Shown here piece after piece: positions 49,120-56,819 of a stretch of DNA of 64,000 nucleotides (within the stretch, counting starts at the first letter, position 1; the number at the start of each line of letters is the position of its first letter). The position numbers and the translations under genes are program-made. The DNA is from an uncultured Candidatus Saccharibacteria bacterium (GTDB taxonomy: Bacteria > Patescibacteriota > Doudnabacteria > UBA920), in contig CAZTXY010000002.1 in the NCBI GenBank assembly GCA_964617815.1, positions 39,343-103,342 of the forward strand, in the 5' to 3' direction. The notes beneath the pieces are model-generated. The model was not told the DNA's origin and searched no databases. It saw nothing but the letters and a program-made list of their open reading frames with translations.

Positions 49120-50560
49120 AAAATTGAGATTCATCAGTTAAGCGGTAAGGTGTAGGATTTTTTCTTTGCACATAACTTGGCCGTGGCTCAGAGCTTGGAG
49201 CATATGGCTTAGCGGGCTTACGTGCTCGGCTTCGCCCTTCGGGACGGCTACTGTGAGGCTTTGACAGAGCATCAAAGCGAGGCTTAGAATAGTCACGCTT
49301 TTGAGGACTAGAGCCGCCGTAAGATCTCTGTGAGGAGAAAGGACGGGAAGAGGGCGCACCTGAACGATATGGGCGCTGTGGTGGCCTTGGGCCACGTTCC
49401 ACTACTGCTTCTGCCATGCGCTTTGGTAAATTTGAAGGGAGAGGTAAAACAGTTAAAACTTTTCTGATCAATCTTTCAATAGCCCTCACATCTCCTCGTT
49501 GTTCTGGGGTTGCAAATGAAATGGCGCGACCAGTAAGACCTGCTCGACCGGTTCTACCAATACGATGCACATAGTCTTCATTACTATCTGGTAAATCAAA
49601 ATTGATAACTAACTCAATACCGGTTACATCAATTCCACGAGCGGCAATGTCTGTTGCTACCAAAACACGATACTTCCCTTTCTTAAAACCCTCTAAAGCT
49701 TCTCTGCGCTGCGGCAGAGAACGATTGGAATGAATTTCTGCGGCAGAGTGCCCCATACCAAAAATACTTTTGGTAATTTTTTTTGCACCAAATTTTGTTC
49801 GGGAAAAAACCAAAATACTCCCAGAATAATCTGTGAGTAATTTTTGCAATAAAGAAAGCTTGTCATTTTTATGTACAAAAAATACTTCTTGAGCAACTTG
49901 TTGAGCAGAGGTTCCGGCTGGAGCAACTTCAACGCGCACAGGAAGTTTCATATAAGAAGTTGCAATCCCCACAATGCTATCTGGCATTGTTGCGGAAAAC
50001 AACATAGTTTGTCTGTCTTTTGGTACTGTTTGTAAAATCTTTTTTATTTGAGGTGCAAAACCCATATCAAGCATTCGATCAGCTTCATCGAGCACTAACA
50101 TATTTACCAAATCAAGTTTTATAGTCCCTTGTTCCAAATGGTCAATTAAACGTCCTGGGGTTGCAACTATAATGTGCGGGCTGCGACGCAAATCGCGCAA
50201 CTGAATGCCCATAGACTGACCGCCAATTAAAACAGCAGTTTTTAAACCTAAATTTTTTCCAATATTTTTGAGGGCTTCATCTACCTGCAAGGCCAATTCT
50301 CTAGTTGGCAATATTACAAGTCCTTGACCTTTATTTTGTCCCAAACGTTGGATCATGGGCAAACCAAAAGCTAAGGTTTTCCCTGTTCCTGTTTGAGCAA
50401 TCCCAATCAAATCTTTACCAGCGACAGCTTCTGGGATAGCTTGTTTTTGAATTGGTGTTGGGGTAACAAACTTTGCTTTTGTGAGAATATCTAAAATCTT
50501 AGGGTTTAAACCTAAGTTATTGAAAGTATTATTATTTGAAATGTCTGCTTCTTTAATCAT
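49118..50560 (-). CDS. DEAD-box RNA helicase (RhlE-like)
   Basis: AQTGTGKT, PTRELA, TPGRL, DEAD, SAT, ARGID, HRIGRTGR; basic tail. Confidence 0.97.
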   Translation of the reverse strand: MIKEADISNNNTFNNLGLNPKILDILTKAKFVTPTPIQKQAIPEAVAGKDLIGIAQTGTGKTLAFGLPMIQRLGQNKGQGLVILPTRELALQVDEALKNIGKNLGLKTAVLIGGQSMGIQLRDLRRSPHIIVATPGRLIDHLEQGTIKLDLVNMLVLDEADRMLDMGFAPQIKKILQTVPKDRQTMLFSATMPDSIVGIATSYMKLPVRVEVAPAGTSAQQVAQEVFFVHKNDKLSLLQKLLTDYSGSILVFSRTKFGAKKITKSIFGMGHSAAEIHSNRSLPQRREALEGFKKGKYRVLVATDIAARGIDVTGIELVINFDLPDSNEDYVHRIGRTGRAGLTGRAISFATPEQRGDVRAIERLIRKVLTVLPLPSNLPKRMAEAVVERGPRPPQRPYRSGAPSSRPFSSQRSYGGSSPQKRDYSKPRFDALSKPHSSRPEGRSRARKPAKPYAPSSEPRPSYVQRKNPTPYRLTDESQF

Positions 50561-50659
50561 ATGAGCAATAAAAAATGGCCCGAAGAGGCCAGAAGAAAAA
50601 GTTAAAACTTAAGGCGATATCTATAATTATAGCAAAAAGTTGCCTTTTTGTCAACTAAT

Positions 50660-50694
50660 AAAAGAGGTTATTATCTACAATAATAACCTCTTTT
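50660..50694 (-). terminator. Terminator after recF
   Basis: AAAAGAGGTTATTAT-N5-ATAATAACCTCTTTT. Confidence 0.75.
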
Positions 50695-50708
50695 ACATCC
50701 AAAATGAT

Positions 50709-51797
50709 TTATATGGAGTCTTCTTCAATACTAGAGGGCGACAAAGTCACATGTTGTCCTGCCATCTCAAGAGGGTGAGTTGAAGTAATTAGAGTTTGGA
50801 ACTTGTCCTGTAAATAACGGAGTAAAAACGTTCTTCGGGTGTCATCAAGCTCAGAGAGAACATCATCGAGCAATAAAATTGGTTTATCATCCCCATTGCT
50901 CAAGTATTCCAACTCCAGAATTTTTAGAGCTAAAATTTGGCTTCGCTGTTCCCCCCTCGAAGAAAATGGGGAAAGATACAACCCTTCACTTCTGAGTGAA
51001 AAATCGTCCCTGTGTGGACCAATTAAGGAAGTTGCTATCAGCAGCTCTTTAGTCTTAACCTTCTCTAAGGCCTCGCGAAAAACTTCGCTAATCTCTTCAG
51101 TACTTTCTCCTGCCAAACTTTCATACGAAACTTCCACGGGTCTGTTAAATTTTGAGATTGCAGAATATATTTCTGAAATACTTTGGTTTAAATAATTTAC
51201 AAATTGTTTTCTTTCAAAAATAATTCTTGACCCAACAACTACAAGTTGTTCGTTCCATGAATCTAAATCTGAGGAATTACTTCCATTACTTTTTAAGCCT
51301 TGCAAAAGTTTATTTTTTTGAGACAAAATTCTTTTGTAAGCTGTAACGTCTTCGAGATAGCCCAAACTCTTTTGCGACAAAACCATGTTTAAATACTTGC
51401 GCCGACTCTCTGGGGGTTTTGTAAATAAATCGACATCGCTGGGCTCAAAAATTACTACCCGCACAAACCCTTGTGCATCTTTGCGTTTTGTTTTCACCCC
51501 ATCAATTTTAAAATTTGCGTAAATTTTATCTCGTCTGTCTAAAAAGATTTCTAGAGTGTGAATGTCTCCATCTTTTTCCACTTCAACTTTGACCTGGCTA
51601 TTGGTTACTCCACGCATAAAAATGAATTCGGCATCATCTCTAAATGACTTAAATAATGATGAAAAATAAACTGATTCTAACAAGTTTGTTTTTCCTACTG
51701 CATTAGGGCCAGAAAACACCACCATGTCATTGGTTACTTCCAAACTTAAGTCTGGGTAATTTCTAAAATTCTTTAGTTCAATGTGTTTGAGTCTCAT
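50709..51797 (-). CDS. recF: DNA replication/repair protein RecF
   Basis: NFRNY, GPNAVGKTNLLE, GPHRDD, SRGEQR, LLDDVLSELD; follows dnaN. Confidence 0.96.
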   Translation of the reverse strand: MRLKHIELKNFRNYPDLSLEVTNDMVVFSGPNAVGKTNLLESVYFSSLFKSFRDDAEFIFMRGVTNSQVKVEVEKDGDIHTLEIFLDRRDKIYANFKIDGVKTKRKDAQGFVRVVIFEPSDVDLFTKPPESRRKYLNMVLSQKSLGYLEDVTAYKRILSQKNKLLQGLKSNGSNSSDLDSWNEQLVVVGSRIIFERKQFVNYLNQSISEIYSAISKFNRPVEVSYESLAGESTEEISEVFREALEKVKTKELLIATSLIGPHRDDFSLRSEGLYLSPFSSRGEQRSQILALKILELEYLSNGDDKPILLLDDVLSELDDTRRTFLLRYLQDKFQTLITSTHPLEMAGQHVTLSPSSIEEDSI

Positions 51798-51815
51798 ATT
51801 ATTTTTCTGATTAAT

Positions 51816-52913
51816 TTAAACACTAATAGGTTTTACTAAATATGTATAATTTTCATTTCCTTCTGGCACTAAAACCACTAAAGAAGAATTATCAAAAACT
51901 TTAAATAATACTTTTTCTTCTTCCATTGTATTTAATGCATCCAGCACATATTTATAGTTTAGCAAGACTTCACCACCAGGCCCAGTAACCTCCCCAGACA
52001 AAGTTACTTGGCTTTCACCTATGTCTTGAGAGCTTGAAGATACAATTAAGCTTTTTGTCTCTGGAGAAAACTTAAACAACACACTGTTTCCTAGTTTGGA
52101 AAAGATACTACTTGTTTTTAAGGCATTTACAAATTGTTGGCGGTCTACCGAAACAATTGTTTGGAATTCGGTTGGAAAAATTTGGTGATAATCTAAGTAT
52201 TGACCGTCAATTAACCTACTAACCAACTCAACCGAACCAACTCTAATTGCCATCTGGTTATCGGCTAAAACCATGCTTACTTCCAAATCCCCAGCAACTA
52301 TCAATCTTGAAATCTCTATGGCTGTACGGTGAGGAATAACTACATCTTGCGTACCAGTAGTATTTTTTATTAATAACTTCTTCTCCGCTAAGCGATATCT
52401 GTCAGTTGCGGCAAAAACGATTTCATTTTCTTTTGTTTTAAAATTGACGCCTGAAATAATTGGCTGGGATTCACTTAATGCAGTAGCGAAAATTACTTGT
52501 TCTAAGCTTTGTTTAAACTCTAAAGCTGGCAATGTCGCAGACCACAGGCTGTCCACTGTTGGTATTAAAGGAAAGTCCTCTGCAGGAAAAGTATGTAATT
52601 TTGTTGTGTAATCCTCTGTACTCACAACAACCTCTGTTCCTTCCAAAAACAAAGAAATATTTTGGTTGGGGAGATTTGAAATAAGGTCAATTATTGTTTT
52701 TGCCGGAATTGTTACTGCACCATCTTCTTCCACTTTACATCGGACAGAGGTTTTCATTGCTAACTCTAAGTTGGTTGCTGTTAAGACTAGGGATCCGTTT
52801 TCTGTTCTAAACAAAATGTTATTTAAAACCGGTAAGGTGTTTGTCCCACTAATTATTCTTCCGACTGTCTGTAAACCCTTTTTTAAATTTTCTTGGGTGC
52901 ATATTATTTTCAT
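51816..52913 (-). CDS. dnaN: DNA polymerase III beta clamp
   Basis: LPVLNNI, ATNLE, EDFP, ATDRYRLA, SRLIDGQY. Confidence 0.97.
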   Translation of the reverse strand: MKIICTQENLKKGLQTVGRIISGTNTLPVLNNILFRTENGSLVLTATNLELAMKTSVRCKVEEDGAVTIPAKTIIDLISNLPNQNISLFLEGTEVVVSTEDYTTKLHTFPAEDFPLIPTVDSLWSATLPALEFKQSLEQVIFATALSESQPIISGVNFKTKENEIVFAATDRYRLAEKKLLIKNTTGTQDVVIPHRTAIEISRLIVAGDLEVSMVLADNQMAIRVGSVELVSRLIDGQYLDYHQIFPTEFQTIVSVDRQQFVNALKTSSIFSKLGNSVLFKFSPETKSLIVSSSSQDIGESQVTLSGEVTGPGGEVLLNYKYVLDALNTMEEEKVLFKVFDNSSLVVLVPEGNENYTYLVKPISV

Positions 52914-53165
52914 ATCTGTAGTTTAAATAATTAGTAGTAACAATAAGGAGTGTGGATTAGTGGATAAACACTTTTCTCTTAATAACTGTTGGGAGAAAAG
53001 GTTTTATTTTTTTCTTTTTGTTGTTTATAAGTCAGTGGGAAGATGTTAGTAAGTTTTGAAAATTTTAAATTTTTCTGAAGGAAGAAATTTTTATACATAA
53101 CTTATACAAAGTTTCTAATTCTTTTTCCACATACTTGTCCAGAAGGTTTTCCCCAAAAATAATTT
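52914..53165. other. Replication origin oriC (dnaA-dnaN spacer)
   Basis: Minus strand TTATCCAC-TAATCCACA (52951-52967), CTCC spacer, then trinucleotide-repeat/AT-rich tract; further degenerate DnaA boxes near 53090-53131. Confidence 0.85.
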
Positions 53166-54524
53166 CTATAAGACATAAAGTTTTCCTAAAATACTGTCTA
53201 TTTCTTGTTTTAGCGGGTCATTGTTTTTAAGATTATTTTCTATTTTTTCCACTCCATGCATTACCGTGGTATGGTCTCTCCCTCCAAAAAAATCTCCTAT
53301 TGTTGGGAACGAACTTCCAATCTCTTTTCGAGCTAAGTACATTGCAATCTGCCTTGGTCCAACAAATTCTTTTTTTCTAGATTGTTTTAGAAGATCTTCA
53401 GTCGTAATGTTATAGAATTCTGCAACAGACATCGCAATCTTTTTTAGGGTGGTTAACCTTTTCTTGTTTGTTACCATTGTTCCTAAAATTTGTTTAACAT
53501 TTTCAAGAGTTAGGGTTCTATTTTCCATTTGCTGGTATACCAACAAACGGTTGAGAGCCCCTTCAAGTTCGCGAATATTATTAATAATGTTTTCTGCTAT
53601 AAAGTAAAGGATCTCTGGTTCTATATTAACTCCGCGTTTAGCGGTTTTTGTCCTTAAAATTGCCATTCTAGTCTCTAAATCAGGGGCTTGAATATCTGCA
53701 ACCATCCCCCACTCAAAGCGAGACACTAAGCGTTGTTCTATTGCAGGGATCTCCTTTGGGAGCCTATCGGCAGTCATTATAATTTGCTTGCCTTTGTCAC
53801 GAAGTTCGTTGAAGGTGTGGAAAAATTCTTCTTGAGTTCCTTCCTTTCCAGCAATAAATTGAATGTCGTCAATTAAAAGCATGTCTACCCCGCGGTAGAG
53901 CTTTTTAAATTCATCCATTTTTTTATGACCAATGGCGTAGATATAATCGTTGGTAAATTTTTCACTGGTAACATACAAGACTTTGGTTTTAGAGCTGTCT
54001 TGCAGTAATTTATTTCCTACTGCGTGCATTAAATGAGTTTTTCCTAAACCCACCCCACCATAAATAAACAGTGGGTTGTATTGGCTCCCAGGGTTTTTAG
54101 AGACAGCTTCACTTGCTGCGTGTGCTAGTTCGTTGTGTTTACCAATAACAAATGTGTCAAAAATATATTTTGGGTTTATACCAGAATTACCAACCGGCAC
54201 CGTTTCTTTATAAGCTTTTTCACTGCTGGTGTCTGATTCGCCTTGAGACTGCTCTAAAGTTTGGTTAATTGGCTTTTGGTTAAAACCTACTTGATATTTA
54301 ACATCTCGTATTTCTGGTGCTAAGGTTTTTAAAACCTTCAATATTTCTTGGTGGTATTTTGCTGATATCCAGTCCTTATTAAAAGAGCTTGGTACAGAAA
54401 CAATGATTTGATCAGGGAGTCTCTCAAGAATGGTTGTGTTGCGAAACCAGGTGTTAAAGTTTGCTTTACTTAAAGAAACTTCTAAGCTTCCTAATATTGC
54501 TTGCCAGAGTTGCTGATTATTCAT
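53166..54524 (-). CDS. dnaA: Chromosomal replication initiator DnaA
   Basis: YNPLFIYGGVGLGKTHL, IDDIQF, QEEFFHTFN, RELEGAL, GGRDHTTV. Confidence 0.99.
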   Translation of the reverse strand: MNNQQLWQAILGSLEVSLSKANFNTWFRNTTILERLPDQIIVSVPSSFNKDWISAKYHQEILKVLKTLAPEIRDVKYQVGFNQKPINQTLEQSQGESDTSSEKAYKETVPVGNSGINPKYIFDTFVIGKHNELAHAASEAVSKNPGSQYNPLFIYGGVGLGKTHLMHAVGNKLLQDSSKTKVLYVTSEKFTNDYIYAIGHKKMDEFKKLYRGVDMLLIDDIQFIAGKEGTQEEFFHTFNELRDKGKQIIMTADRLPKEIPAIEQRLVSRFEWGMVADIQAPDLETRMAILRTKTAKRGVNIEPEILYFIAENIINNIRELEGALNRLLVYQQMENRTLTLENVKQILGTMVTNKKRLTTLKKIAMSVAEFYNITTEDLLKQSRKKEFVGPRQIAMYLARKEIGSSFPTIGDFFGGRDHTTVMHGVEKIENNLKNNDPLKQEIDSILGKLYVL

Positions 54525-54818
54525 TGTTTTTATTTCTTTTCGTTTAGGTTCTTACTAACAAGATTTTTGCATAAAAAAACTCGCTAAATTTTAGTCTACT
54601 CACCTATTTTCCCCTAATGCTAAATTTTCAGAAATCACAGCCTAAAATGAAGCGATATTTTATTGTAACAGGCACTTATCAACATGTAAATAACATATAA
54701 AACCCACTTAATTAAAGGCTATTTTTATTTGCCTGTTAATATCCTGTGGAAGCTTTGTTGGTAACTATGAATTTGTAAGGCTATTCTTTAGGAATGAAAA
54801 AAACAGAAATAATAGCGG

Positions 54819-54847
54819 TTGACGGGAGTGCTTTTCTTCAGTATAAT
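54819..54847 (+). promoter_or_regulatory. rpmH operon promoter
   Basis: TTGACG-17 bp-TATAAT. Confidence 0.7.
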
Positions 54848-54888
54848 AAGTTGGCATTGTTTTAGTTATTTGTAACAGATCAGAGACT

Positions 54889-55023
54889 ATGAAGAGAACT
54901 TATCAACCGAAAGTTAAGAAACGTAGCCGTGTCCATGGTTTTCGCAAGCGCATGCTTACGAGAACTGGACGTGCAGTTATAGCTCGCCGCCGCCAAAAAG
55001 GGCGCAAAAAACTTACTGTATAA
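54889..55023 (+). CDS. rpmH: 50S ribosomal protein L34
   Basis: Not in ORF track; [44 protein letters not shown]. Confidence 0.98.
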   Translation: MKRTYQPKVKKRSRVHGFRKRMLTRTGRAVIARRRQKGRKKLTV

Positions 55024-55037
55024 AACGCAAAACTTTC

Positions 55038-55379
55038 ATGTTTAAAAAACCTAACCGCCTTGCAAAAACTAAAGATGTCCAAACTACTTTAGCTTCTGGG
55101 CGGGGTTTTTTTAACCAATTTTGGACAATAAAATTTAAATCCGGACAAATAGCCGAGTCTCGTTTTACAGTTATTATTTCTACAAAAGTTGCCAAGCAAG
55201 CGGTTATTAGAAATCGAATCAAAAGAATTTTGCGGGATTTTTTAAGACAGAACATTGCAATCTTGAAAAAAGGAGACTACGCTATTATTATAAAGTCTCG
55301 TATTAAAACGTTAACAGCAAAAGAAATTCGTTTGGAAATGCAAAGTTTTTTAACAAAAACTAAATTTATTAAAAATTAA
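55038..55379 (+). CDS. rnpA: Ribonuclease P protein component
   Basis: ISTKVAKQAVIRNRIKR (RNR motif); synteny. Confidence 0.95.
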   Translation: MFKKPNRLAKTKDVQTTLASGRGFFNQFWTIKFKSGQIAESRFTVIISTKVAKQAVIRNRIKRILRDFLRQNIAILKKGDYAIIIKSRIKTLTAKEIRLEMQSFLTKTKFIKN

Positions 55380-55381
55380 CC

Positions 55382-55621
55382 ATGAATATTTTTAATAACA
55401 TTACAATTCAAATAATTAAGATTTACCAAAAAACATTATCTCCTGACCACGGATTAATGTCTGCTAAGTATCCACACGGTTTTTGCAGACACTACCCTTC
55501 CTGTAGTCAATACGCAGTTGAAGCTTTACTGAGGTATAATTTTTTTAAAAGTACTTTTTTAATAATTAAGAGAGTGTTGTTGTGCAACCCTTTCGTTAGC
55601 CCAAGAATTAATCATCCCTAA
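55382..55621 (+). CDS. yidD: Membrane protein insertion efficiency factor
   Basis: YQKTLSP, CRHYPSCSQY, CNPF. Confidence 0.93.
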   Translation: MNIFNNITIQIIKIYQKTLSPDHGLMSAKYPHGFCRHYPSCSQYAVEALLRYNFFKSTFLIIKRVLLCNPFVSPRINHP

Positions 55622-55626
55622 TAAAT

Positions 55627-56331
55627 ATGATACAGCTTTATACAGACATAATTTATCGCCCGCTACTAAACCTTTTAGTTTATTTTTATAATATTGTTCC
55701 AGGCCACGATATCGGTGTGGTTATTATACTTTTAACTGTAGTTATTCGGTTACTGTTATGGCCTCTTATGCACAGAACGTTGCAGAGTCAACATAAAATG
55801 ACTGCTCTCCAACCAAAGCTTAATGCCCTGCGTGATGAGCATAAAGATAACAAAGAAGCACAGGCCAAAGCTATGATGGAGTTGTATAAAGAGCATAAGA
55901 TAAATCCTCTGTCTTCTTGCTTGCCATTACTCCTTCAACTCCCACTTTTATTTGCTTTGTATCAGGTTTTTGATAAAGCCTTAAAAGGTAATCTGGATGG
56001 TTTGTATTCTTTTGTGGTCAGGCCAGAGTTTTTAAGCCCACTCTTTTTAAACTTAATCGATCTTTCAAAACCAAATATAATTTTTGCGATTTTGGCGGGG
56101 GCTTTGCAGTTTTGGCAATCAAAGATGATGCTTTCCAAAACGCCTTCAAACGACCCAACTGCAAAAGCCTTAGCAGTTCAAACTACTTATATTTTCCCGT
56201 TACTGAGCATTTTTATTGCCTGGAGATTACCAGCTGGACTTCCTCTTTATTGGATAGTTACAACAGTCTTTGCGATAGCTCAGCAATACTATATAATGAG
56301 GCGACAGAAAGAAGGCGTTATTATTGAATAG
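55627..56331 (+). CDS. yidC: Membrane protein insertase YidC (short form)
   Basis: LQPKL, MMELYK, INPLSSCLPLLLQLP, PAGLPLYW. Confidence 0.95.
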   Translation: MIQLYTDIIYRPLLNLLVYFYNIVPGHDIGVVIILLTVVIRLLLWPLMHRTLQSQHKMTALQPKLNALRDEHKDNKEAQAKAMMELYKEHKINPLSSCLPLLLQLPLLFALYQVFDKALKGNLDGLYSFVVRPEFLSPLFLNLIDLSKPNIIFAILAGALQFWQSKMMLSKTPSNDPTAKALAVQTTYIFPLLSIFIAWRLPAGLPLYWIVTTVFAIAQQYYIMRRQKEGVIIE

Positions 56332-56337
56332 CAAGTT

Positions 56338-56796
56338 ATGGATATTACAGAAACAGTAAAAAAAATAATTGAAGACATGCTTTTACAGATGAGCATTTCT
56401 GCTACAGTGACCTTTGAACAAAGTGCTTCAAAAGGGCTAGTTTTTAATATCCAAAGCCCAGATTCCCAACTGTTGATTGGAAGGCAAGGTGCTAACCTAC
56501 ATGCCTTGCAAGGATTAGTTAGGCAAATTGCAGTTAAACAACTACAAAGCCCAGAGCCAGTATATTTTAGTGTAGACGTTGATGATTATAAAAGTAAAAG
56601 AGAGTGGTATTTAAAAGAAACTGCTAAAGCAGCAGTCCAGCAAATTAAACGCACAGGGCGAGGAGTAGCTTTGGAGCCTATGCCAAATTATGAGCGGCGC
56701 ATTATTCATGCTTACCTACAAGAAAATAGTCCAGATGTTTATACTGAGAGTACAGGTTTAGAGCCCGCTAGAAGAATAGTCATCAAATTAAAATAA
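56338..56796 (+). CDS. jag: Jag/EloR KH-R3H RNA-binding protein (no N-terminal Jag domain)
   Basis: LIGRQGANLHALQ (KH), PMPNYERRIIH (R3H); synteny. Confidence 0.9.
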   Translation: MDITETVKKIIEDMLLQMSISATVTFEQSASKGLVFNIQSPDSQLLIGRQGANLHALQGLVRQIAVKQLQSPEPVYFSVDVDDYKSKREWYLKETAKAAVQQIKRTGRGVALEPMPNYERRIIHAYLQENSPDVYTESTGLEPARRIVIKLK

Positions 56797-56819
56797 TCCC
56801 GCCACGGCGGGATTATTTT
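56790..56819. terminator. Bidirectional intrinsic terminator
   Basis: AAAATAATCCCGCC-AC-GGCGGGATTATTTT. Confidence 0.8.

Noticed and set aside
54525-54888. Possible ncRNA or tRNA in the dnaA-rpmH spacer
   Set aside because: Explained by divergent promoters and degenerate DnaA boxes; no cloverleaf or stable GC-rich fold seen
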